A DNA stretch of 64,000 nucleotides from the human T2T-CHM13v2.0 reference genome, Homo sapiens (GCF_009914755.1 NC_060935.1), one strand, 5' to 3'; positions 31,706 to 64,000 are shown, numbered from the stretch's first letter. Made by a program: numbers and translations. Notes: generated by a model from the sequence alone, not told the origin.

Positions 31706-32708
31706 TTAAGAATACAAATTATTTTACTTTAGAGAGCTGAGGCAGGAGGATCACTTGAGCTCAGGAGTTTGAGACCAGCCTGGGCAACATAGTGAGACCT
31801 TGTCTCTACTACACAGGTGTAGTTTGTACCTGTATAGGTAATGTAATGATATTGACAAGGGAATTTAAGACAAAAATTGTTAAGAGACAAAGGAAGTCAT
31901 TTAAAAATGATAAAAGGGTCAATCCATCAAGAAGACATAGCAAATATAAATATAAATGCAACTATCAACAGAGTCCCAAAACACATGAAGCAAAAAATAA
32001 CAGAATTGAGGAGAGAAATACTTTATTCAACAATAACAGTTGGAGATTTCCATATCCCGCTACCAGTAGTATTTAGAAAAACTAGGTAGTAGAGAACTTG
32101 AACAACACTATCAACCAACTAGACCCATCAGATATCTACAGAACACTCCAGCCAAACAACAGCAGAATATATACTCTTCTCAAGTACACATGGAACACCA
32201 TATTTTGGGCCATTAAAAAAGGTACCAATAAATTAAAAATAATTGAAATAGAAGAAAATATCTTCCCTGATCACAATGGAATGACATTAAAAAATAAGAT
32301 AAGAACATTCAGGAAATTTACAAATATGTATAAATTAAATATACTCGTAAATCACAAGGGAAATTAGAAAATGCTTTAAGATGAATGAAATGAAAACACA
32401 AAATACCAAAACCTAAGGGAGGTAGCTAAAGCAGTGCTTGGAGAGAAATTTAGATTTGTAAATGTCAATATGAAAAAGAAGAATAACTTAAATCAATAAG
32501 CTAACCTACTACCTTAAAAAAAACAGAGAAAGGGCCAGGTGCAGTGGCTCATGCCTATAATCTCAGCACTTTGGGAGACCGAGGCGGGCAGATCACTTGT
32601 GCTCAGGAGTTCGAGACCGGCCTGGGCAGCATGGCGAAACACCGTCTCTACAAAAAATACAAAAATTAGCCAGGCGTGGTGGCGTGTGCCTGTAGTCCCA
32701 GCTACTCA

Positions 32709-32945
<237 letters not shown>

Positions 32946-33145
32946 TTAAAAAATCAACAAAACTGATGAGCTTTATCTAGATTGATCAAGAAAAAAGGAG
33001 AGAAGAATCAAATCAATAAAATCAGGAATGACAAAGGGAAGATCAGTACTGACCTCACAGAAATATAAAGGATTATAAGGGAATAGTATAAACAATTGTA
33101 TGCAACATATTAGTTAACACCGATAAAACGAACAAATTCCTATAA

Positions 33146-33475
<330 letters not shown>

Positions 33476-34494
33476 TAGTAGAGACAAGATTTCACTATGT
33501 TTCCCAGGCTCGTATCGAACTCCTGAGCTCAAGTGATCCTCCCACCTCTGCCTCTCAAAGTGCTGGGAGGACAGCCATGAACTACCGCACCTGGCTCAAA
33601 TGTTTAAAGAACAATTCATACCAATCCTTTACAAACTCTTTCAAAAAATAAAAGGAGGAAATATTTCTCAACTCATTCTGTAAGTTGTATTATATGAGCC
33701 AGTATTACCTTGTTATAAAATCGGACAAAGATATCACAAGAAAAGAAAACATAGATCAATATTCCTTACGAATTAAGACATAAATCTGCTTAACCAAATA
33801 TTAGCAAACTGAATCCAGCAACAGGTCAAAAGTATATACTATTACTAAGCAGGATTTATTCCAGGAATGGAAGTTGGCTTAGCATCCAAAAATCAATTGA
33901 TGTTCACCGTATTATTAGAATAAAGGACAAAAACCACATGATCATCTCAATTAGTGAAGAAAACCTTGTTTGACAAAATTCAATATCCTTTCATGATTAA
34001 ACAAATGCTGAACAAACTAGAAATAGAAGGGAACTCAACCCAAAACCCAATGAAGAGCATCTCTGAAAAAACACATAACATCATATTCAATGGTGAAAGG
34101 CTTTCAACCTAAGATCAGGAATAAGAAAAGGATATGTACTCTCACCATGTCTATTTAAATTGTACTGAAGGTTGTAGTTAGTGCTATTATTCAAGAAAAA
34201 AGAAATAAAAGGTATCCAAATTGGAAAGCAAGACGTGAAACTATTTTTACTCATAGATGATATGATATTGTATACAGAAAATTCTAAGGAATCCATAAAA
34301 ACAATATCATTACCACTAAATGAGTTCAACAAGTTTCAGGATACCAGATCAAAATACAAAAATCAATTGCATTTCTATACACTAGCAGTGAACAAATATG
34401 AAAATGAATTTAAGAATATGATTCCTAATCCCAGCACTTTGGGAGGCCAAGGCAGGCAGATCACGAGGTCAGGAGATCGAGACCATCCTGGCTA

Positions 34495-34722
<228 letters not shown>

Positions 34723-36596
34723 TCAAAAAGAATAAAATATGTAGGAATAAGTTTAACAAAAGTAAAAGTTACAAGTAAAAGACTTGTAACTATAAAACAT
34801 TGTTGAAAGACATTAAAAACCTAAATACATAGAAACAAATCTCGTGTTCATCAGTCAGAATACTTAATATTGTTAACATTGCAATACTCTCCCAAACTGA
34901 TCTACAGATTCAACTCAAGAGCTGTCAAAATCCCAGCTGTCTTTTTTGTAGAAATTGACAACCTGATTCTAAAATTCATATGGACATGAAAGAGATCCAG
35001 AATAGCCAAAGCAATCTTGAAAAAGAAAAAAATTGGAGAAATAACACTTTTCACTTTCACAACTTACTACAAATCTACAATAATCAAGACAGCATGGTAG
35101 TGGCACAAGGAGAGACATATACATCAGTGGAATCAAACTGGGAGTCCAGGTTTTTGACAAGGGTATTAAAACATGGGGAAAAGAATAGTCTTCAACAAAT
35201 GGTGCTGGGACACAACTGGATATTCATATGCGAAAAAAAGTTGGACCTTTATCTTACAGCTTTACACAGGTGTAATACACTTGTATAAATACATCTTTAT
35301 ACAATATTAAAAACAACTCAAAATAGATCCATGACCTAAATAAACATAAAAGCAAAAATGATGAAAGTCTTTGAAGAAAACCTAGGCAAAGAGTTTCATG
35401 ACATTGAATTAGGCAATGAGTTATTGAATATGAGACCAATAGCACAGGAAACAAAAGTAAAAATAGGTAACTGGACTACATCAAAATTAAAAACTTCTGT
35501 CCATCAAAGGACAATCAACAGGCAACATACAGAATGGGAGAAAATATTTGCAAATCATATACCTGATAAAGGGTGAATTCAGAATACATAAAAGAATACT
35601 ACAACTCAACAAAAAGAAAACTCAATTTTAAAAATAGGCAAATGACTTGAATAGACATTTCTCCAAAGAAGATATACAAATGGCTAATAAGCATGGAAAA
35701 AGATGCTCATTATCACTAATTATTAGAGAAATGTACATCAAAGTCACAATGAGATATCGCCTCACACTCAACATGATGGCTACTATAAACCCAAAACTCC
35801 CAAAACAGGAAATAAGTGTTGATGAGGATGTGGAGAAATTGGAACCTTTGTGCACTGCTGATGGAAATGTAAAATGGTGTGGCCACTACAGAAAACAGTG
35901 TGGCAGTTCTTCAAAAATTAAATATAGACTTACCATATAATCCTGCAATTTCACTTCTGGATATATACCAAAAAGAATTGAAAGAAAGGTCTTAAAGACA
36001 TATTTATATGCCCATTTTCATAGCAGTATTCTTCATGATAGCCAAAAGTGGAAGCAACCCAAAGGTCCATTGATAGATGAATAAATAAAGAAAATGTGGT
36101 ACATACATACAATGAAATATTACCCAGCCTTAAAAAGGAATGAAATTCGGATACACCTTACAACATGGACAAATCTTGGGGACATTACGAAAAGCCAGTC
36201 ACGAAAAGACAAATATTGCATGATTCCACTTGGACAAGGAACTTACAGTACAGTAGCCCAAATCACAGAGACGGAAAATAGAATGGTGGTTGGCGGGGGC
36301 TAGGGAAAGTGAAAGTGGGGAATCGTTTAATGGATATGGAGTCTCAGTTTTGCAGGATGAAAAGTTTCCAAGATTGATTGCAAACAGTATGACTATATTT
36401 GACACTGCTGAACTGTACCGTTAGAAATGGTTAAGATGGCACATTGTATGTCACGTGTGTTTTTACCACAATTTTTAAAAGGCCATCAAAAATTGCTTAA
36501 TTATGTTTTCAGAAATGCCAGATGGTAATATATTGCTGTTTAACATATTTGAGACAATTTTAATTTTTCTGTGACCCTTGACTTCTATACCTCAAC

Positions 36597-36906
<310 letters not shown>

Positions 36907-37303
36907 TATACCTCAACTTCTACCTATGTCCACCTGGCTGCCCATAAATTAACCCAATAGCTGTCACTTAAGCCTACTCAGTATGTGCCAGGCTTTTCCC
37001 TATACAATTGTGAACAATTTTCTAGTGAGCAAACTGAAGCTCAGTAAGGTCCAGTGACTTTTCCCAAGGTTGTGCAAGAGATGGAGCTCTCATTGGGTCC
37101 CATTGGCCTGACCCTAAAGCCTGGGTTCTTTTCCACCAGACCTAATCTCCATCGAGCTGGCCTTATCCTAAGAACCACTTGGGGTATCTATAAAATCCAG
37201 ATGCCCCCTGGTGATGAGCAATTCTCTAGATTTTGATGAAAGTTGAATGTGTGGATGCTGGAATGAGTAAATTAACAAGTAAGGAGATGAATGCAAGCAG
37301 GAA

Positions 37304-37372
37304 TGACTAAATGGACAGACTCAGGGAGCCTTGAAGAGGGTGGGGTCTGGAAGGGAAGGAAGAGAGGAAGGA
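37304..37372 (+). promoter_or_regulatory. FOLR2: FOLR2 proximal promoter: AP-1-like TGACTAA, Sp1/KLF GT box, clustered ETS GGAA sites
   Basis: TGACTAA 37304-37310, GAGGGTGGGG 37336-37345, four GGAA 37349-37369; consistent with the known Sp1/ETS-driven TATA-less FR-beta promoter. Confidence 0.65.
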
Positions 37373-37384
37373 GAATAGCTAAGT

Positions 37385-37541
37385 AGGGAGATTTCACTCA
37401 GTGCTTACCAGAGCGCGTTGTCTACCCTGTACCGAAGACAGAGGCTGTGGGGACAGCCTAGGGGCCTGGATCTATTGCCTACTTAGAGAGAGGCCAACTC
37501 AGACACAGCCGTGTATGCTCCCAGCAGCAACGGAGGTTCAG
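37385..37541 (+). other. FOLR2: FOLR2 first exon (5' UTR); start approximate
   Basis: Follows promoter; ends at GAG|GTTCAG (37535) or CAG|GCAAGA (37541); matches recalled FOLR2 leader. Confidence 0.65.
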
Positions 37542-37624
37542 GCAAGATGCCCGAAGGAGGGAAGGGTGACAAGGGCAGTGGGGAGACTTGGAGAGTTTGT
37601 GCAGAGGGGAGGAACACACCTTTC

Positions 37625-37938
<314 letters not shown>

Positions 37939-38299
37939 ACATCTTTCTTTAGAAAGATCATGCTGGCTCCTGTGGGGAAGGCAACTTGAAGGGGAAGAAA
38001 TTGGAAGAGGGAAGACTTGACACTAAACATAGAGCCATGGTCAGTAAGTTTTTGGAGGGACCTTTACCAGAGAGGGAGAGGAAGCAGTATCCATTATCCA
38101 CTCTTTAGTGACAGAGCCCAAAGGAACAGCTCTGTAATGGCTGGGGGTGGGGGCAAGGGCAGCAATGAACAGAGGAGGCGAGGGCTGCTCCTGTTGTTGA
38201 GTGCCTTCCAGGACACTAAGTGCTGGTCTGGCTGCTCCAACATGGGAAACTTTCATGTTGTCTCTCAGATCTAAGGGTCTCTCTGCATTTTTAAAAAAA

Positions 38300-38485
38300 T
38301 TATTTTGAATTTTTTAAACTTCTATCGTTTTTCAGGTGGTTTTGGTTGCATAGATAAGTTCTTTAGTGGTGATTTCTGAATTTTAGTGCACCAGTCACCG
38401 GAGCAGTGTACACTGTACTCAGTATATAGTCTTTTATTCCTCACCCCCTCCTCACCTTGCCCCACCCCCAGTCTATATCATTCTC
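38300..38485 (-). mobile_element. L1PB-like 3' end fragment
   Basis: ggttttggttgcatagataagttctttagtggtgatttctga...gtgcacc...gagcagtgtacactgtac. Confidence 0.7.
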
Positions 38486-39176
38486 ATCTGCATTTGTTTT
38501 TTGAGAGGTAGGGTGAGGTCTGCTGCATTAGCCCAGAGACAGCTGAGGAGGCTGGAAAGGAAAATGGCTTTCAGAGAATAGGGAAGGAAAAAGTCTGAGG
38601 AAGCAAAACTACTTAAAAAACACTGCTCTTTCCATTTCCGTATCATTTAACCAAACACCATCCTGTGGGTTCTGTCACTTGATCCTCATGCTGATCTGAG
38701 AACTCGGCAGAGCTGGGTCACTGCCTTCCCCAAGGCTAACCTGGTTTCTAAGCTGGCACAAGACCCCAGGTGATCTATCATCTAACCACAGAGCCCTTGC
38801 TGGACAGAGGGTGAAGACATTATGTGTCCCTGGCTCTGTTCAGGGAAGCAGAGGATAGACCTGAAGAATTTAATTACTTGTCATAGATAAAGCCTAGAGA
38901 AAAGGTGAGGGCGCAAAGTATCTCCTCCAAATTGGGAAGACTCCCCCAGGGCTCACTCACTAACGCCAGTTCTCCTGAGCCTTTAAAGCCTGGGGGTGAG
39001 GGAGCCCTCCTGGTCAACCCTCTCTACCCTAGCCTCAGGGAGCTTCAGGGCCCCAGCATTGAAGGAACAGGGTCTGACCTCATTTGCCACCGTAGGGTTG
39101 GGGAGACTGAGGCAGGAGGTGAATGGGCTCCCAGCTTGGAGCCCTTTCCCCTCAGGACTTGGTTTCCCTACCCTAG

Positions 39177-42378
<3,202 letters not shown>

Positions 42379-42537
42379 GTTCAGTCCTCCCAGACTACCT
42401 GCCCTCAGCTTGGATAACCAGGCTGGGCTCAGCTCAGCTCCCACAAATGACAGCCCCTTAAGCATGCTTCTATTAGTCACCTAACCCTCTGTCACCCAGT
42501 CTGTTGCTGCTCCATGGTGGGGCCAAGAGTCACTTCT

Positions 42538-42543
42538 AATAAA
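42538..42543 (+). terminator. FOLR2: FOLR2 polyadenylation signal AATAAA
   Basis: AATAAA 160 nt after stop with GT-rich downstream element. Confidence 0.85.
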
Positions 42544-42649
42544 CAGACTGTTTTCTAATAATTCCATGTCTGTGGAATTGTTTTGGTTGTGAGTTTGTGG
42601 GTGGGTGGGAGACAGATTCTACGGCTTCTGGATTCCTTCAAATTAGAGC

Positions 42650-42830
42650 AACTAGACCTGTGTTTGAATCCCAGCTCTGCTACTTTGTGAAAATGAAACA
42701 GTTGCTTCACTGCTCTAAACCTTTGTTTCCTTCTGGATAAAAAGAGGATAATAGTCCTGCCCTCAGGCTTGTGAAATATACAGGAGCTGTTGCCTAGAAA
42801 GCCCGTGAGCCCAGTGTCTGCACATTAATA
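42650..42830 (+). mobile_element. MIR
   Basis: gacctgtgtttgaatcccagctctgctact...tttgtttccttctggataaaa core motif. Confidence 0.65.
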
Positions 42831-45600
42831 GTCTTCAGGGATCCTGTTGTTCCTGTTGCCCCAAGTGGGAGCCAGGTCCTGAGCTTATTTGTCTTGGTCT
42901 CCAAACAGCCTCCTGGTCCTCCAGCCCTTGTGCCTGGCTCTGTGCTCGGCTCTGTAACAGGAAAGCTGGGAATGGGAGTCCAGGAAAGGATTCAGATTGC
43001 CAGTGGGATGAAAAAAATTCACAGTGGGATGAAAAAAACGTGATGCACATTGAAGGAGCAGAGTTGGGGCCTGGGACTCTCAGAGGAAAAACAGAGCCAA
43101 TTGGAGAGGGCAGTGTAGGGGGTTTCTGGAGTGGAATACTCAAGAGCCTGGAACTGGTTCAGCGCTTTGGTGTCCTGGAGGTGTGGCTGGAAGAGTTAGA
43201 AACCCTTAAGGGCTTCCCGGGGTCAGGAGCCTCTGGCACCTTTGTCTCCTCCTGGGATTGGCAGATATGCCTATCTTGAGGGGGTTGCTCTGTCTTTGCA
43301 AAGCCCTCGGGAGCTGGGCCTAAGTTATCTCTGGGTCTCCCAACACCCCTTTCCCTTTGGATAAGTCTTTGTTTGCACACTCCTACTACAACTGTCCCCA
43401 GAGAGGCCCAGGTAAGTCTCTGAGAACACCCTGCAGGTAGGTGGCCCAGCTAGGACTAGAACCCAGGTGTGCAGACTCCCAGTCCAGGTCTCTCCCCCAC
43501 TACCAAGGATTCCCCTCACATCAGGCTCATCTTTTCTTATACTAAAAGGTGGCTGATGAGAACGGTGGCACAGATTGTAGGATGAGTTATTGGGTTCTGG
43601 AGGCACTGTTGGGTGGGTGGGTGGATCTCTTAGTTATTATATTTATCTAGTGTGGAAGGCCCCACAGAGCCCCTTCCACGTCCCAGGCTCTGCTCCAGCT
43701 GGGTTAAGTCAATGCATATTTGAAATAGAGGAAGGAGCTCGAGGGACTGACCCGGGCTCCGTCAACAGGTTCAACGTAGCAAAGTGAAAGTTCTCTCCCA
43801 GGTTAAAGGGATTCTCCCACGGCGGCCCAGGAGATGGTGGCGGCGGGCGCCCGGCTGGAGGCCTGCGCCTTTAAGGAGCCAGGGGGCGGAGGGGCGGGGC
43901 AGGAAGACGACTCCCCGGAGACGCCGCCACCGGCTAGGTCTTTTTTTGGGAGGGGGCGGGCCAGACCCTTTTATGGGCTCCGCCCCCTTTGCGGCTGCCG
44001 CGTCCCCCTTCCGCCCTCGGCTGGAGGGGAGGAAGCTAGGGGGGCGTTGCAGCGGACCCCGTCTGGGAGCTCCCCGCTGGGCGTCCGGCCCGCGGAGGCG
44101 CGAGTTTGCTGACTCGGAGGGAGCCGCTGGGGCGGGGGCGAGTGCTAATAATACCCGTTCGTTCCGCAGCCGCGCTTTACAGTTTACACAGCTGTCACCT
44201 TCGTTTCTCCTTAATTAATAATAAAAATAGCCGCCGTTCGGGAGCGCGGGCTGGGCGCCAGGCCCGGTGCCGAGCGCGGTACGAGCTCGGCCCCCAGAGC
44301 CGGCCCTCGCCACAGGATCCCCATTTTCCAGAGCGGGAAGCCGACGCTCAACCCCGCGCCGCGACTTGCCCGAGGTCACCCAGTGGGCCAGCGGCTCCGG
44401 GACCGAGGCGCGGGGCGGGGTGAGGCGAGGCGCGGTGCTGCCCCCGGCTCCCCGGGGCGGCGCGGGGCGGGGCGGGCGGCGCGGAGGGCGGGGGCGCGCG
44501 CGGATGGCCATCTTAAGTGGCCGCCTGGAGCCCAGGGCCGCTGTCCGGGGAAGGGGGCGCCGGAGCAGCCCGGGAGGTGGGGGTCTGCGTGCGGCGGCCG
44601 GGATCCCGGGAGGGAACTTTCTACTAGACGGGCCAGGGATCCTCCTGGCTTCGGACTGCTGAACCCCCTCAAGGCCCGGCCTGCGGGTGTGGGGGGTGGT
44701 GCTGGGGAACTTGGCCGAGAGGGGGAAGGGCTCTGCGGGGCTGGGAGGGGCTGCGTGAGAGGCTCGAGAACGTCGCACCTCGTCTGGGCCCCCCGCCAGA
44801 GTAAGAATCTTCAGAAGCCTGGTTAGCCAGGGAATCTCCCCGCAGGCTTTGCCGGGGGACGGTTCCCGTGGAGTTGGGGGTTCAGATCTAAGAGGGGGCT
44901 GCATTTCGCAGGAGTTGGGGGCCCCGCCCGCTTGGGTGGAGGGAAGAGGATGGGTAGGGGGTGGTCCTGGATCCTTCGCAGGTTTGGGGAACTCGATGCA
45001 GCCAAGCTGTAAGGGGGACGAGAGGAAGAGCCATGGAGTGGAATCAGACCTTTATGGGGCTTAGGGGTCATATCATTGGGAGAACTGAGAAGCGCTGAAT
45101 TCTCCAGGGGGTGCCTGGATCCCGAAGTGTCGGGGCCAGGATGGGGGGACTCGGATTTCGATGGGGATTTGGGGACTGGATCTCCTCGGGTGAATGATGG
45201 GGGCAGGATCATTGTGGGGTCTGGGAGGTCCCGGGCCCTTCGGGAAGGTGGGGGCACCGTCCCCGCAGGAGGAGCTGGGGGCAGGGGCGGCCCGGGCTGC
45301 GGGCCGAGCGGAGGGGGAGGGGGCGGCAGCCGGCCCTGCGCTCCGCTCCTGCCCCTCCCCCGCCGCCTCTGAACAAACTTTTCTTTCTCTTCAAGTTGAG
45401 GCCGGCGCTGCAGGCAGCGGCGGCTGCGCGGTGAACGAGGCGGCCTGCGCGGCGGAGTGCTGAGTCCCGATCCCCGGCTCTGTCCGGCCCACGGATCCTC
45501 AAGCCCGGGCCCCGGGCCCGGCCCCAGCCTCAGCCCTGAGCGTCTCGGGGCGGATGGCGCGGGGCGGCGGGGGCGGGCGGTGCTGAGCCCTGCGCGGGCC

Positions 45601-58970
<13,370 letters not shown>

Positions 58971-59075
58971 TAGCGGAGGCACCACGAAGCTGTGAACTCA
59001 GAGCCCCTCCCTGCTACCAAGGCCCAGCTATGGCCCCAGGGTTGAAAAGTTATGAGGGTCAGGGCAGTATCTCTC

Positions 59076-59107
59076 TGCCTATTTATTGGGGTGCCTATTT
59101 ATTGGGG
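59076..59107 (+). repeat. INPPL1: Perfect 2x16-bp tandem repeat (TGCCTATTTATTGGGG) containing ATTTA elements in the INPPL1 3' UTR
   Basis: Read directly. Confidence 0.95.
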
Positions 59108-59700
59108 ATCTGCATTCCCCGCTGCCCAATCATTTGCAATGCCCTAATTAGGGCATCCTGCCCCTCGCCTTTTAGGCTCAGGACGGAAGGTCAGTTGCCA
59201 TGGTTACCGAGGACCCTGGTTACTCTGGTGCTGTCCTCTTTTACTGGACCCCGCCTCCCAGCCCCAGGGGTGCCTGTGGGGGTCCATTTGGGTACGTCTG
59301 GGCCCCCACTTTCACCAGTTTCTGCGGCCTTCCACCGGGCCTGAACCACAGCGGAGGAGCTCCGCTAAGACCTCCCCACCCCCGCTGGGGGTGGGGGCGG
59401 GTGTCCGTCCGGAAATGAAGGAATAGCCCGAGGACCGGGCTGGGGTTTATTTAAACTGTTCTGTGTGGGTCTGGGGAGGGAGAGCACCTTAATATTATTG
59501 GGGTTGGTTGGGGTGGGGCAGGATCTCAGCCATAAAGTGCCAGTTTGCTTAGTTCTCACTGTCTCCTGGTCTGTGCTGCCCTGCGCTGGGGATGCACGGC
59601 GGCAGGGTGGGGGAGGGAGGTTCCTCGCAGGTCTCAGCCCGGGACAGGGTCTTGCAAGCAGCCTCCTGGGCAGTCGTAAGGGTTGCGGCGTGATGTCTTC

Positions 59701-59706
59701 AATAAA
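59701..59706 (+). terminator. INPPL1: INPPL1 polyadenylation signal AATAAA (second copy at 59737-59742)
   Basis: First AATAAA after the INPPL1 stop, about 730 nt downstream. Confidence 0.8.
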
Positions 59707-59712
59707 TTAAGT

Positions 59713-59718
59713 TTTATT
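59713..59718 (-). terminator. PHOX2A: PHOX2A polyadenylation signal (AATAAA on minus strand)
   Basis: TTTATT on plus strand, about 650 nt past the PHOX2A stop. Confidence 0.7.
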
Positions 59719-60365
59719 TGGATTGAGTAAAACTTCAATAAATTACAAGTTTTTCAAAGAAAAAGGACAACCAAAAAAATTAGGGAAAGAGAATCCCTCT
59801 GTCCCATTCCCCAGGCAGCCCCTCCACTCCTCTAACAGGTCCACCCTCTGTGCCAGACGGGCTAGGGAAGAGAGGAGACACGTGAGGGATGAATTGGCGG
59901 TGGTCATTAATTATCCCGGCGACCACCAGCCTCTGTACGGGTGGGCCCGAGGGGTGGGGCAGCGGGCTTTCCTGATCACCAGCGTAAGGGGTGACCCAGC
60001 CGCTGCAGAGCCAGGGAAGGGGGCTGTGCCGATCCTCCTTGAGGACCTTCACTTTGAGGGCACTGTTAGGGACAGGCCTCATGTGATACCGCATCCAAAG
60101 AAGGCCAAGCTAGAAGGAGCTCCGGGGTTCTCCTGGAGGAGGTCCCGGTATAAAGAACTCCGCTCTGCTGGTAGAGGGTGGGTGAGGACGAGAGTGGCCC
60201 TGACTTGGTCTCCAAAGTTGGGGAGGACACACCGAGGGGTGAGACAGTAGGGAGTGGAGACGGATGGGGACTTCCAGGCGGGTGGCCAGGATGGGAGGGG
60301 CTGTCAGGTCCTGGAGGGGCAGGGACGTCTCTGGGGGCAGGCTCGGAGCCTCCAGAGGCCGGCAG

Positions 60366-61970
<1,605 letters not shown>

Positions 61971-62621
61971 TCAACCCGTTGTGTCCAGCTCCGGGGGAAT
62001 CACACGCCTCCCCCGTCCCTGGCCTGATCCCTCGTCTTGGTCCCGGCAGCCTGGGGCCGAGCGTCCTCCCTATTACTCAATGGAGCCGGCGGGATAAAGG
62101 CGGAGGGAGATCAGGGAGACCTGAGCCCCAAGAGCGGCCAAGGGGAAAGCATAATCCAATACTCCAGCCAAGACACTCCCTCCCCCACCCCACCCCCGTC
62201 GTCGCCCTCCTCCCAAGCCCTGTTCCCTCCATCTCCCCCTGCACCCCCATTCAACCGTGCCTCCGACCCTTCCCTCCTGTCTGTCTCTCAGCCCGTCTGT
62301 CCCCTCTGTCTACCCTGGCCCTGGATGTCTGTCAGGTCTCATCAGCATTGCCAGTCTTCCCACTAACCAGTTCTGGGCCAAGGCTCTGCAACAGAGACCC
62401 TCCCACCGGCCCTCCTTTCAGCCCTACCACCAGCCTTCCCACCGGCTCTCAGCTGTATACAGATTTGGCTCCCTCCACCCATCCACCTCTCCCCTTCCCA
62501 AGCCTCATTTCTTCAATTCTGCCCCACTCCCCTGACCCCCATTCTCCCCTAGATGTCCCCCTCTCCTCTTCCTAATCTTCCTCCATTTGAATCTCTCTTC
62601 AACTTTCCATTTCTCAGCCAC

Positions 62622-62703
62622 TCTTCTCTTTGTGCCCATTGAGAAGACTTCCTCCATCTTCTCTTTGCGCCCATTGAGAAGACTTCCTCCATCTTCTCTT
62701 TGC
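62622..62703. repeat. 35-bp tandem repeat (about 2.3 copies) in PHOX2A intron 1
   Basis: TCTTCTCTTTG(T/C)GCCCATTGAGAAGACTTCCTCCA twice plus a partial copy. Confidence 0.9.
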
Positions 62704-63029
62704 CCTCCTTCTTCCTCCCCAGGCACCTTCTCCATGTCCCATCTCCTCCAAAGCCAACACTGCCCCCCAACTCTCTTCCTATACCCATCCCAGTCTCCAC
62801 TGCCCCATAGGTAGTGTTTCTGACAGTACTTCCCTTCCCTGTCTGTAACCCTGGTTTAAGTCTTCATATTCACCAGGGGTCTCCAATCTCATCTTTGTCC
62901 CATCCAGGCCTCCATCTCCCCTGATTCTTGTCTCCAGCACCCCATTTGTATTCTTATCTTCGTCATCTCTATTTCTAATCTTCTTTGGTCCCCATCGCCT
63001 GATACTTATCTCTATCTCCCCAACCCTGA

Positions 63030-63584
<555 letters not shown>

Positions 63585-64000
63585 CTTAGGCCCCAGTCTT
63601 CTACTTGGGTCCCCGGCAGTCTTCCCAGGAGGGAAGGCGATAAGATTACATAGGGCAGGCTGGGACTCTAATCAGAGGGCTGAGATGACTGAGAAGCTCA
63701 GTGAGGTTGAGGGTTTGGACAGGGACTTGGATCTAAAGTCTTGGGGATGCAGGAGCTGCTTCCGGGTTCTACAGAACTCTAGCTGGGAGAGTCTGGGGGA
63801 ATGGGGAAATACAAGTGGCTTAAAAACCCGGGCCCCTTTATTGCGGGCTACGGGATCTGGTTTTGGTGGCTACAGAAGGGTTCGGTCCCAGGCAGCGTGG
63901 GTCCAAGACAGGGCAGGAGGGGCCTGATGGCCACGCGAGCTCTAGGAAGCTTCCCGTCTGGGCAGCTCAGCTGCCTGGAGAGGTCCTTGCTGGGGGTCAT

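Noticed and set aside
59723-60250. 175-aa plus-strand ORF downstream of INPPL1
   Set aside because: Non-ATG start, antisense to the PHOX2A 3' UTR, no recognisable domain

Overview
Human genomic DNA (Alu/L1-rich, spliceosomal introns) that I recognise as the chr11q13.4 folate-receptor/SHIP2 locus. It contains complete FOLR1 (+, 257 aa), complete FOLR2 (+, 255 aa), complete INPPL1/SHIP2 (+, 28 coding exons, 1258 aa) and the 3' two exons of PHOX2A (-; exon 1 lies beyond the window). All coding exons were assembled by hand from GT-AG boundaries; the three complete genes sum to intact reading frames. Intergenic DNA is dominated by about 45 Alus, a decayed two-LTR ERV1 provirus with an env remnant upstream of FOLR1, a near full-length ancient L1 carrying a THE1 solo LTR, and an ~800-bp alternating purine/pyrimidine VNTR. 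I found no convincing undescribed biological system. The best leads are the provirus with parallel Alu insertions at the same site of both LTRs, the Z-DNA-type VNTR born in an Alu tail, an in-frame upstream ATG with GT/GC tandem donors in FOLR2, an INPPL1 uORF, an apparent non-reference INPPL1 Ile632 allele, and back-to-back overlapping poly(A) signals of INPPL1 and PHOX2A. Repeat subfamily names and literature links are from memory and need RepeatMasker/database confirmation.
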